Shown here: piece by piece, positions 12,307 to 23,670 of the stretch
Numbering within the stretch: position 1 is the first letter of the stretch
How the letters are laid out: the number at the start of each line of letters is the position of its first letter
DNA from: Amphiscolops sp. MND2022
Lineage: Eukaryota
Length of the DNA: 64,000 nucleotides
Assembly: GCA_964187785.1 (NCBI GenBank)
Contig: OZ076418.1
Coordinates: forward strand, 35,402,001-35,466,000
Reading direction: 5' to 3'
Notes under the pieces: generated by a model
Seen by the model: the letters and a program-made list of their open reading frames with translations, nothing else
The model's database searches: none
Told to the model about the DNA's origin: nothing
Position numbers and translations under genes: made by a program

Positions 12307-15077
12307 ATGTTCTTCCTTTTTTTAACTCACTATATTATTTTCTCCCTTCCCTTCTCTTGGTACTTTCTCAAAATTCTCCATCTTCCGATCATGTAGATCC
12401 CAATGATCCCCATATTTCGGACCTTTTAGTCTCTCACTATGATTGCTCTAAACAACATAATTTAAGACAGTTTAGTCTTACCCGAGTTCAACCATGCGTT
12501 CAAGCCCCCTCTGCTTTTGAAACAACACGCGCTATTGTCAATGTCTTTGTTCGTGCTAAAGCTAAACGCCTTCGCGCTTGGACCTGTGAAGCATACATAA
12601 AACGAGAAAAATTTGTCTGTGCCCAATCTGATTACAAATATCGTCGTCATGACCGTACGGACTATCATCAAAATACCATGGAACGTCCTCGTACTCTTGA
12701 TCCAACCGAATGTAAACACGCTATTCGTCATTTAAACGGAACTCATAATCCTCAACTCGATGCTTTTAATTATTCCAATTCTTTTACCTTTTTCAATGAT
12801 ATTCAAAAACAACGCCTTTTAGAAACAAAACAACCTCCTTTTCGTATTACTAAACTCAATACTTATCATTATGGTGCTTTTGCTTGGATCACCAATTCAC
12901 AATTAGTATTAAACTCAACTCTGAAAGAAAAAGCTGTTTGCTGGGACCGCTATGAATATATTATTGAAAAAGACAGATGGTCTCTCATCGTAAAAGAAAT
13001 TGAAATCACTTATGATGACAAAGAAAATAAATTAATATATCATGGACATACTTTACCTTGCCTCCACGACGATGGTTTTTGTAAACCAACAATATTAACA
13101 CCTTTCACCATTGTTTGGTTTCCTGAAGACCTTTGTTTAATTTTCTCTATTCATTCCTTTATTGGTCGAATGTCTAAACTCAATAACCGCTATTGGCTTG
13201 AAACTGAACATTTTTTTAATAATCATTTCTCTACTGAGTCAGCCAATTCTCCTTACCACGATACCAAATCTCAAACACGTCTTTCTCGCTTTGAAATTTT
13301 TCCTGAAAACAAAATGTTTTGTAATAAACCTACCCCCTTACATCTTACGCAATATCCTGACTTGTTTGTAACGTACACCGAAGGTTTTAATATGCAAACT
13401 GCTAAACATAATCCTCTTCAACTTCCCCAAGACGAACAATACAACCAACTAACCACCCAGTTAATATCTGGAAAATTAATTCATACTAAAGATAAACTTC
13501 TTTTCCCTGCCCTAAATTCTTCGAATAACTTCGCCACCATCGATTATGAAGCTCATATTAACACTAAACTTGATTACTCAATAAATCATGTTTTTAAAAG
13601 CATGTCTGTTGCTGAACTTAACACTCTTCACACTATATGTGAAGTCGAACGTACTCAACTTTTAACCATACTCGCTATGTCTGTTAAAAATCCACAAATT
13701 GCTGGTTTCCTCTTAACCCAAAATCGTAGCAACTTTTTATATGTTGAAGGCTCTACTGCCTGGTTATATGACTGTCCTCATCACCTTTCACCTCTCTATA
13801 TTGCTGACCAATGTTATGACAAGATTCCTGTCAATTATCTTGACACTGTCATGTATGTAGATCCTATTACACGTCAAACTTTTGAATATGCTAACCAAAT
13901 ACCTTGTGAAAATAATCCTCAAAATGTTATTTCTCTTGACCCAGACACCGATCAATATTACGTTCTAACTCCTCAACCTATTGAAAAAGATCCCCCTCTT
14001 CTTTTTGAACCAACTCAAATTCAAACCGCTATTAGCCCGAATACTTTCACCGCTCAAGACGCTGGCATTTATTCACAAAAAGAATTAAAACATTTTTGGA
14101 ACCGAGTTTTATTCACTAAACACTCTGATAATACTCTCCAGCTTCTCGGAAAAGCTATCAGTTATGAATTCATGAATCAACAATCTGACAATTCCTTTCC
14201 TAGTAATCCTTATCGATCACTCCGAATTGGTCTTCATGACTACATGTTAAACCTGACCCCATTCTTCTCTCCTGACTGGTTTACTAATGCTTTCATCAAA
14301 CTTTTTGGCTATCCATGCTACATTCTAACTCAATGTGGAATATACTTCTCTACTGCTCTTTTTCTACAATTCGCTTTCAATACACTCTTTAGTATTTACC
14401 GTTCATTCACTGTTCGAAATCTTCTTAAAAAACAAATTTCCGTAATAACTGCCTTAGGATTTGGTTTCTTTGGCACTATTACCAAAACCATGATGACTGC
14501 TATGATTAAATCAACTCATTCATCTTCAGATTCTGACGATTCTGATTCTCCTCATTCCCCTTTAGCAAAAAATAATACCACGTCTTCCAGTTCTAAATCT
14601 CGTCCTCCTAAATATCATACAAATATTAAAACAAAACTTCTTAGTTTAAAAAATAAAAATCCCATGAACAGAACTTCACCAAACTCTTCACCTATTAAAC
14701 CCCCCTCTTCCTCGGTAATTCATGCTACTTCCATTAATCCTACACACCCCCCTAACACCGAAGATTATTCGCCTCCACCTCCAAATTATAATTCTCACCT
14801 TTCATCTCATAATAATCTTTCTTTCCCACACTCCCAATTACCTTCATTATCTTCTCCTCCATATTTTCATAATTCGCCTCTTCCTGATGACACAAATTGT
14901 GATAACTCTTCTACTGATTCCCCCATTCATAATCCCTGGCAATCTACTAAAATGTATCCTCCTACTCCGCCACCAATTAAAACTAATGACATTCCGTTAA
15001 CTTCTGTCAATAATATTCTTGACCCACCTGACAGTCCTGTCAAAGTTTATTCTTCTTGTCGCTTCCCTCCAGAATAA
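12307..15077 (+). CDS. env: Envelope glycoprotein resembling chuvirus-type (class III, gB-like) fusion proteins
   Basis: Signal peptide MFFLFFNSLYYFLPSLLLVLS from ATG 12307 if one T is restored in the run at 12317-12323. Cys pattern HYDC..NLRQFSL..VQPC..WTCEAYIKREKFVC and WLYDC..ADQCYDKIPV..MYVDPITR..QIPC. Hydrophobic TM segments at ~14310-14510, then a long S/P-rich tail. Confidence 0.8.
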
Positions 15078-15398
15078 TATCTTTATCTTTCACTTTATTA
15101 ATTCTCATTCTGAATCTTAAACACCCTAACCTAATTCAATTTACATACTAATATTCTACCTCTTTTACATAATAATTATAGTTCTTTTAAAACCACTTCC
15201 TTTTTCATTTTTCATCATTCTTGCTTTCACTCTGGTCACCCCTACTCACTTTTTCCAAACATATTTCTTGAACTTTTCTATAACACCTTACTTTCATCTA
15301 AAACTCATATAATCTTTTCTAAATAGAAAACGCACATTCGTATAACTTTACCCAAACGCACATTCGTATAAACTATTCATTTTTTCTCTCCAAACAAA

Positions 15399-16874
15399 AT
15401 GGTCACTATCAATCCTGATGAAGAACTCCTTTCTAGTATCGCATCTTTGTCACCCCCTCTTTCTCCTAAATCTGGTACTCTTGATCTTCCTCTTACAAAT
15501 GACCCCCTTCCTCTTAATTCTAACACTACTCCAGAACCTACTGTAAATAGTAATTCCACCACTTCCCAATCCAATAAACCATCTTCTAATATTCTTAAAT
15601 CTCGTCATTCTCCCACTCCACCCCCAAATAATCTTCATATCACTATTGATAATCATCCCATTCCTCCTAAAAAGAAATACAATATTCTCGAAGATCCTGT
15701 CTTCATTGATTCTGGTATTTTACCCCCAACTCTTCAACCATTAAAAACTCCTACCCAATCTAATACAATGACTGACGAATTCCTCCGTACTCATCCAAAT
15801 TTTAAAGCTAACCTCCCTTCATTGTACATGACCCCCACTACTTATAAATTTCGCTTTCCTCAAGATCGTAGTTTTGACCACTATGTTGCTTATGCTTCCA
15901 AAAATTTACCACAACTCGCCTATTGGCAAAACAATCGTGTTCGTTTCTTCCAATTCCAATTCAACCTTCTTAAACCAACCCAACATGATTTAAATACCAA
16001 TCCCAATGATATAACCACAACTCCCTCTGTTAAAAAACTTCATCACCAAACCTATCAACTTTTTCTTCAACACAAACATCCTCAAAACTTCATCTTCCAA
16101 AATCATAAATTTACTTCTCCATTTTCATACCATTCTCACTATTCATTGAATCACCTCTTCACTATTGGAACAATTCGTAATTATGATCCTGTAAAACAAT
16201 ATTTTGTTCTCTCTTCCTATCATGATCCTACTCGGCCGTTATTTGTCCCTCAAGAAGCACTTAATGTAAATGACGATTTCCTACTTCCTACACACATTCC
16301 TAACGCTGTTCAAAACTTCTTCCCAAAAATGACAAAATTAGTAGAAACACCTCTTGATGATCATTCTCGTTCACTCTACACTGCATTAGTTCGCAAACAC
16401 TATTCTCTTGCACAACTCAATTTTATTATTGCAAAACTTTCATCTTTTATTCTAAAAAAACAATACAAATATTTCTCATTAAACATCTCTGATGAAATCC
16501 TCCAAACTCTTCCTAAACATACTCCTCCTAACACTACGTCTGAACCTTCACACATTTCAGCAATCCCTCCTCCATCTACTTCGTATGTTCTTCAAACTGC
16601 CAATCCTAATGTTTGCATCAATTCCTTCTCTTGTCCCACAGACAAATTTGTCTCAGAAATACTTACTCTTCTTCGTCCACATGTTGAAATTGCTCCTAAT
16701 ACTGATCCTTTTGTTATGTTAAACCACATCTTTGACACTTTCCGTAATCTTCAATCTCTACTTCAACTACACTCAACTGATATCCAAAATTTAACGATTT
16801 CTACAATTCATGTTAACGATTTCCTTAAAAAACTTGTTCTACTTGAAACTCCTTCTCAATTCACTTACTCTTAA
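15399..16874 (+). CDS. Accessory ORF of unknown function (491 aa)
   Basis: ATG-initiated and uninterrupted, sense to gag-pol, inside the LTRs. P/S-rich N-terminus followed by a globular-looking region. Confidence 0.7.
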   Translation: MVTINPDEELLSSIASLSPPLSPKSGTLDLPLTNDPLPLNSNTTPEPTVNSNSTTSQSNKPSSNILKSRHSPTPPPNNLHITIDNHPIPPKKKYNILEDPVFIDSGILPPTLQPLKTPTQSNTMTDEFLRTHPNFKANLPSLYMTPTTYKFRFPQDRSFDHYVAYASKNLPQLAYWQNNRVRFFQFQFNLLKPTQHDLNTNPNDITTTPSVKKLHHQTYQLFLQHKHPQNFIFQNHKFTSPFSYHSHYSLNHLFTIGTIRNYDPVKQYFVLSSYHDPTRPLFVPQEALNVNDDFLLPTHIPNAVQNFFPKMTKLVETPLDDHSRSLYTALVRKHYSLAQLNFIIAKLSSFILKKQYKYFSLNISDEILQTLPKHTPPNTTSEPSHISAIPPPSTSYVLQTANPNVCINSFSCPTDKFVSEILTLLRPHVEIAPNTDPFVMLNHIFDTFRNLQSLLQLHSTDIQNLTISTIHVNDFLKKLVLLETPSQFTYS

Positions 16875-16891
16875 ACCTCTCTCTAACTGTA

Positions 16892-17698
16892 ATGACATCT
16901 TATCCTCCTTCGACATTGGCATATCCTCTTCTCAATCAACTTCTGGACTCTTCGCTGCCATTCCCTGTTTCTTCCACTTCTTCAACATTCACTCTTCCAA
17001 CTGTTGCCGCTACCTCTTCATCATTCCCCATTTCTTCATCATCCGCATCATCCACTGTCGCATCTGTGATATCATCCAATGTTGCATCTGTAACATCTGC
17101 TGTTTCACTATCACCCATTTCTTCTTTCGTCAATACTACAGCTTCAAATACATCTGCCTCAACTACACTTCCAGTGCTTTCTTCTTCTATTTCGTCTCCA
17201 GTTTCATCGATCGAGTCTCCTTTCTTCCTTCATCCCAAAGATGCTGTTGCCACTTCTCCACATTTCCAACAATATTCAGCCGTCCGCCAATTGACCCGTG
17301 ATCTTCAACAGAAAAAACCCAAGCATCCCAGACGTCCACACTTGCCTTCCGATATAATTCATCAACCTGTTCGTCGACTGGTCCACACAGTGGTCTATAA
17401 ACAAAAGTTGAACCAGTATATAGAGGCCCTCAAATTGTATGAAAAACACATTGATGAACTTATTGAACAAACTACTTTTGAACTAGATAAAATTCATAAT
17501 AAACCCCCCTTTCCAAATTGCAATAATTTAAAACGCCTCAGCCCATACAATTATCCCCTCTATCTATTCAAATCCCTTCTAATAATTGCTATAATCATTA
17601 TAATTGTTTCTCCTCTAATACTCTCCATTGTTCACATGTTCCTATCAACTATGCTATTCATTCACATTTTCCTCCCCCTCCACCTTCCCCGGCCTTAA
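16892..17698 (+). CDS. Accessory ORF of unknown function (Ser-rich N-terminus, helical charged middle; probable frameshift at ~17530)
   Basis: Starts 17 nt after the previous stop. A -1 frame opening at TTTAAAA gives a C-terminus (QLSPLSIQIP...PPPL) more similar in composition to the element's other ORFs. Confidence 0.55.
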   Translation: MTSYPPSTLAYPLLNQLLDSSLPFPVSSTSSTFTLPTVAATSSSFPISSSSASSTVASVISSNVASVTSAVSLSPISSFVNTTASNTSASTTLPVLSSSISSPVSSIESPFFLHPKDAVATSPHFQQYSAVRQLTRDLQQKKPKHPRRPHLPSDIIHQPVRRLVHTVVYKQKLNQYIEALKLYEKHIDELIEQTTFELDKIHNKPPFPNCNNLKRLSPYNYPLYLFKSLLIIAIIIIIVSPLILSIVHMFLSTMLFIHIFLPLHLPRP

Positions 17699-19110
17699 TC
17701 CCCATTCGCATTGAAGCCATAACCCCCACTTTTCAACCCCCCTCCCCTCTAAACGATTTAGACCAGTTGGTAACTTCGTTGAACGACGTTGACTAAAGAA
17801 TCATTGATTAAATATTTTTTGAATTTTTATCATTCATATTCTGAACATATTCACTTTGTCTGTTTTCAAACACATCTTTTAACCCCCCATGTTTTTCTTG
17901 ACCCTTATAACCTCTACTATTGTACTATACCTTCCATTTTTTCTAAATTTTTCAAAATTTCCTCACTAAAATTCCCATTTTTTTCCCGAAATCTGCTTGT
18001 AACTTCGGTTCTAACAAATCAGTTTTTTCAAATTCTATCTTAGCATGATGCTTTTGACCTACTTACTCTTAAATGCTGGAGCTATCCATTTTCCTCCCTT
18101 TTCTTCACCATTAATAAACTTTTTGAACCATAATTCCAAATTTTTTCTCTTCCTCCCAAATCATTTTTTGACTTTACTCCTCTTTAACTTCAATTCAACA
18201 AAATCTCTCCTTTTTAATCTTACTCCTACTAAATCATATGTTCAAACCTACTTACCTCGGTATCTAACTCTTCTTCACTTGCTTTTTAACAAACTAAATT
18301 TGCGTGATCAAAACATTTCTTCCATTTTCTCAATTGAAAAAATACCTGTATGTGATATAAATTTGAACAAATATTGACTCATATGGCTTTGTTTTCGCTT
18401 AAAATTTGCTTTCTTACGCCGCCTCTTTGCTTTGAAATTCTGACGTCTCATTTTAGTTGATTAAAAAGGCCCATAAGACAAACGCTTAGTTAAAAAACAA
18501 CTAAGAATCTTCGGCTTCTTGCATGAATTTCCTCGTCAATTAGGCTGTCAAATTTTGCCATCTCTCACTTTTCATGTTCTCCTCCTTGTCAATCAAACTT
18601 TTACCGCCTCGGAAGATACTAACTCATTCGTCCTGTACAACATTTTCATGAAATCTGAAACAATTTTGCTGAATTCGTAACCAACATGAACATGTCGAAT
18701 TTCAAATATAGAACTGAAAATTATTTAAAATAAAATTTTTCTTCTTCCTCTTCTTCCTTTCCTATTCTCTCATGTATTCCTGACCTATTAATTAAAGTTA
18801 ATACCTCACTCCCTTGAAGATACTTTTATTTACACTAAAAACATCGAAAAATGCCCGTAACTCACGAAAGGAAAGATATGAAGACAACTCTATAATTAAA
18901 ATTTTTTTTTATTATTATTCACAAAATATATGAAGACAACTTTTCAAATGAAAACCCCTATTGCAAGATTATTAAAATTCCTCCTTTTTCTCTCTCTAAA
19001 CATATTGAACTAAACTCCAACCTTTTTAATGGAACCCCAATTTCCAAGATACCTTTTAACAATAACTCTAAAAAATTTTTTCCTTTCTCTTTTTTCAAAA
19101 CCCGGTCGGA

Positions 19111-19420
19111 TGATATACCAGATATCTACGTTGCTTGATTTTATATCATTCCCCCAACCCCCCGTATGTCTAGACTTTATAACAAATGCACTTCATCAAT
19201 ATAACTGAATAATATTCTAGATGTAAACTTGATGTACCCACTTTATATTCTGTACGATGCATTTTGATTTAGAACACAACTATAATTCATTCTTCACCAA
19301 CCAGTTGTCTTCTTTTACGACCTAATATCTGCAGCTCTATTAGTGTCTCTTAAAGTACTAAGATCAAATGAACATTCCATCTTCGTCCCACTGATCTATA
19401 GTAAGAACACAAGTACTTTA
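19111..19420 (+). repeat. 3' LTR (TG...TA)
   Basis: Direct repeat of 1366-1674, followed by the TSD CTAC. Confidence 0.95.
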
Positions 19421-20363
19421 CTACATAGTCAAGTATTTCCCAGTGTCTAAAAAGTCTAAAATTTTACATGGATTTAGAGCTCTCGGCTAGTTATCTCTTC
19501 CTTGATGCCGAGAATTACCTAGATTGTCTGGATGAATATACTTTGCTTTTCACATTAGTCATGCCATCTCAACAACATGAGACTGACAACATTTGTCAGT
19601 TATTAAAGCAACTCTGAAGTGAGTCAAGTTGAGTACGCAAAAACTTCAGTAAACAAGCTGACTCACGTTCAACAGCTGTACCAGACATTCACACATACTG
19701 TGACGGTACCGCTTTTGATCTTATTCAGCGTCGCGCTCTGCAGAGTCTGTTTGCTTAAAAATTTTTTGACTGTTTGACTGACGTTAAAAACAAATGCCAC
19801 CCGAGACATGCTATTGAAGCTAATGTTTAATGATTAACCACATGTACAAAGGGCCAACGTCTCTTTCATGTTTACGCAGCGTGTCGCTCTGTTTGTCCGA
19901 TCTGTAATTTACAACCACGGAAATCTTTGACACTCGGGACATAATTAATGAAGCTACTGTTTAATGAACAATTACTAATACAAAGGATCGGCGTTGCTTT
20001 TTTGTTTACTCAGCAGGTCGCTCTATTCATTCAATCTGGAAATGGCAAAAACATATCTATTGATCCAATATCAATTTTGCATCCGGTCGGCTCGACCAAA
20101 ACAAAAAACCCATACTAAACTTGTTGACGATCAACAAGCGAAAGGAAATGAATCGAATATTGAGGTCTTGTTTCTTTTTCAAGCATTGAGATCTTGTTTC
20201 AAAACGTTCATGAATTTTTCCAACTGAAAAAAAACAAAGCTATTGTGATTTTTTCAAAAGTTTGTGCCAGATGAACATTGTTTAGTCTAGGACAAGTTCT
20301 CTCTTGTGTCAAGTATCACCGCGCTTTGGTTTACTTCTTGTTAGTACTTCTTCTTCTTTAAGT

Positions 20364-20735
20364 ATGTTCTCTTCTTTCAGCTCTCTCACATTCTCAAAAG
20401 ATCTCGAGTTTGGAGACACCCATTGTGTTGTGGCTTCATCTGAAAAACGACTTGTTCGTGTGACGACAAACACCAATAAAAACAGTGGCATCACCTACAT
20501 CAACATCGAACTCTTCAAGAAAAAAGAGGATAAAGATGAGTATCGCCTGCAACAGAGAGTGGGACTCACTGTCAAGGAGTTTCAGGAAATTATAGCGAAT
20601 GTGGAAAACATTAACATGGGCCCTCCCAATCCTTAAAGTAGTATGGGGGAGAAAAAATTCAACAAAAGGATTGCTCAAAGCGATACGGGGGATGCTGAGG
20701 TTAAGAAGCAAAAACCTGCTGATAAGAAGGAATGA
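20364..20735 (+). pseudogene. PC4/Sub1-like ssDNA-binding protein (premature stop at 20634-20636)
   Basis: KRLVRVTT..GITYINIELF..RVGLTVKEFQEIIANVENI resembles the PC4 pattern. The inverted copy (28193-28547) reads through the stop but is frameshifted elsewhere. Confidence 0.55.
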
Positions 20736-21664
20736 AAGGCCTTACAACTCACTTCAAGAGTAATTACAACAGACAAGTTTTGTTTTTGTTTCTAGTTTTA
20801 GTCTGTCTTTCGATCCATGAATCATAGGTTTTCGAATGTTTTTTAATTCTATTAAGCTTTTTGTTTGATGTAAACTGCTATATTGCTTTCTTTTTGTTCG
20901 GCGCTATTTTTTTAAACTAAACTTTCCATGACAATATCAATTAATATGTGTCGTTTTTGTTTCCATTTCTTTTTTTCCTTTCCTCCTCCACGCTCTATCG
21001 CAGTAACGTATTGAATAATGTATTTGTTCCCTTCCTATGCTTTCCGATCTTTGCCTGTCTTTAAAATTAATCCGTGATTTAATTTTTTTCAGTGTGCTTT
21101 ATTCAATTTCAATCTCGTTGCACTCTCTGTACGTTGTTGAACTTTTCACTTTTCAGCTAAACCGCACGTTTTTTCTCACTTCGATACTTTTGTTCAATTT
21201 TCATCTAGAATGAAATAATCTATGTTCGATATGAACCTTTTTTTCATCTCGTGAGTTTTTAATTCAGTTCTATCATCCCATTTTTTTTGTTCGGGTAGTA
21301 TTGGGTATTGAAAACACTTCGTGTATAACTACCCGAAAATCATTTTGTTCACTGCTTTATTTTTTAAAGCTACTTTGGTGGAAAACATCTTTTTCCGAAC
21401 GTTTTTAGGTAAAAAATTGTTTTGATGGCGTTTATCAAGAATATGCAAGCATCTTGAAACTCGAGTTGTCTCATGCTACGGTAAAATATGTGTTCAAAGC
21501 GACTTTTTTGTTTTTCTTTTATCGATTTGAAGTGATTGTATCAACTATTCTTTCACAGTTTTTTGTAGACAAAACATGGTGGAAGCAATGCATGAACGGC
21601 ATCCGGATTTTTTCAAACAATATGGGAAAAACTTTCAATATGTGGTGTTGAAAAAGGAACCAAA

Positions 21665-23670
21665 TGTCGCACGCATGGATAAATTTGCTATTTACTGTTT
21701 CCTCTTTTCAAGGGACTATTCAGTTGTTATCTGTATTAGTCAGTTCAGCATCTGTTGCATTTTGCAAAGTTTTTTCAGGCGACCTTTATTGACTGGCAAT
21801 GAGTAAGAATAGCTTACTCTGTGTTATTCTGAAAAGAAGTGCCTTGCGTGTACGTGCGGACAAAGGAAATTGCGTGAGTAAGTGCAAGGTTGTGCGCGTA
21901 AATGAGCAGTCTGAGGAGAGGGAAAGTATAGGAAATGAAACTGTTGAATTATATCGAGTGAAGTTACATTAGTAAGGAGTGAAATTTACTAGGCAGAGCA
22001 GTATTTATTCCATCTTTACAAATATCAGTAGTTTCTGAGCCAAAGGGAAATTTGTTTTCAGCCAAAGTAATATTGCCTTTACTTATTTGAATTTATTGCA
22101 AGTTATTCATGAAATTTAGCAACGAAGAAATCATTGAACTTTCATTTCAGTTCAGAAAATTTATCAGAATACAGAGTTTACAATGCGTTGTAGCTTTGAC
22201 GGAAATAGTTTTCTTTTTGTGTCTCTATTCAATTTTAAGGTGAATAGCATCAAGACTTTTGGGTGAATAAATTTATTTAAGACAGAATCAGTTTATTAGT
22301 TAGAGTAAATGCTTGTAACGTCAACCTCGTAAATTCGAAGTCGCTCTAATAGAAAATATTCTAAGTTAGAGTTTAAGATAACCGCTGAGTGAAATCTGCG
22401 GGAAAGTTTCTAAGTTAGAATTTCAGATAACCGCTGAGTGAAATCTGCGGAAAATATTCTAAGTTTGACTTTAAGATAACCGCTGAGTGAAATCTGCGGA
22501 AAATATTCTAAGTTAGAATTTAGGATAACCGCTGAGTGAAATCTGCGGAAAATATTCTAAGTTAGACTTCAAGATAACCGCTGAGTGAAATCTGCGGAAA
22601 ATATTCTAAGTTAGAATTTAAGATAACCGCGGAGTGAAATCTGCGGAAAATATTCTAAGTTAGAATTTTAAGATAACCGCCGAGTGAAATCTGTGGAAAT
22701 AATTCTAAGTTAGACTTTAAGATAGCCGCTGAGTTAAATCTGCGGAAAATATTCTAAGTTAGACTTTAAGATAACCGCTGAGTGAAATCTGCGGGAAAGT
22801 TTCTAAGTTAGAATTTCAGATAACCGCTGAGTGAAATCTGCGGAAAATATTCTAAGTTAGAATTTTAAGATAACCGCCGAGTGAAATCTGCGGAAAATGT
22901 TCTAAGTTAGACTTTAAGATAACCGCTGAGTGAAATCAGCGGAAAATATTCCAAGTTAGAAATTAAGATAGAGAAGGAAAAGGGAGAGTGAAAAATCTCC
23001 ACTGAGAAAACATTTAAGTTATTTTGAACTGACCAAACCGGGGACTAAGATGGACTGAGGAGAATTCTCTAAGATAAGTTGAGCTTTGCAGAAGGGGAAG
23101 AAGTGAATTGGGAAGCAAAGGAAATTTTCCAAGATAAAAGTCAAAGAAGGGAAAGGGGAATGGAAATATAGACTTTTTAAGTCTAAGATAAGCTGCCACA
23201 AAGTAAGGGGAAAATAAGCAAGAGTGAAAGGGGAAATAAGAGTTGAGGGAGAGAAGAGGGAGAGTAAGAATAAGAGAGGAGAAGTGAAGGAAGAGAAGGG
23301 AAGAGGGAAGAGAGCTGCTTAAGTTGAGCTCAGCCTTTCGGCGGGAAGATTGAAGCTCCAGCCTGTGCGCGTGGTTTAAATTCAAACCGAGCACTTCTGC
23401 TAGCTGGCATGTTTTGCTTACAACCAATAGTGGCTGTGCTTCATTTTCGAATCTGCGTGGTAAGTAATAGAAATTTTCACTTGTGCAATTCCTTTCCTGC
23501 AGTACTTCCTTATAATTACTTCCCTTTGCGGCCGCCGTGTTATGGCCGCTATTTATTTTATTCCCTTCACTTTCTTCGCCTTCACACAGCGTTAGTTCTT
23601 TTTCCTGTTTCTTTTATGCACGTGCCATTTCTCAGATAAGAATTGTTAGAGCGTTAGTCATAGCGCGACA
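21665..23670 (+). mobile_element. Solo LTR (~2.0 kb)
   Basis: TGTCGC...GCGACA termini. 4-bp TSD CAAA/CAAT (one mismatch). Absent from the inverted arm, where GGAAC-CAAT-GATTGG is contiguous (27242-27245, minus strand). Confidence 0.85.
22353..22969 (+). repeat. ~49-bp tandem repeat (~12 copies) inside the solo LTR
   Basis: Unit AAGATAACCGCTGAGTGAAATCTGCGGAAAATATTCTAAGTTAGACTTT repeated head-to-tail with no spacers. Confidence 0.9.

Larger units (their letters stand above)
1366..19420 (+). mobile_element. Giant (~18.05 kb) env-bearing Ty3/Gypsy-type LTR retroelement
   Basis: ~310-bp LTRs at 1366-1674 and 19111-19420. 4-bp TSD CTAC at 1362-1365 and 19421-19424, confirmed by the empty site at 29593-29596 (minus strand). 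Gag-PR-RT-RH-IN order, then env and accessory ORFs. Confidence 0.95.

Noticed and set aside
22353-22969. CRISPR-like array (also considered for the 24-, 84- and 183-bp repeats)
   Set aside because: Head-to-tail units with no unique spacers, no cas genes, eukaryotic context.
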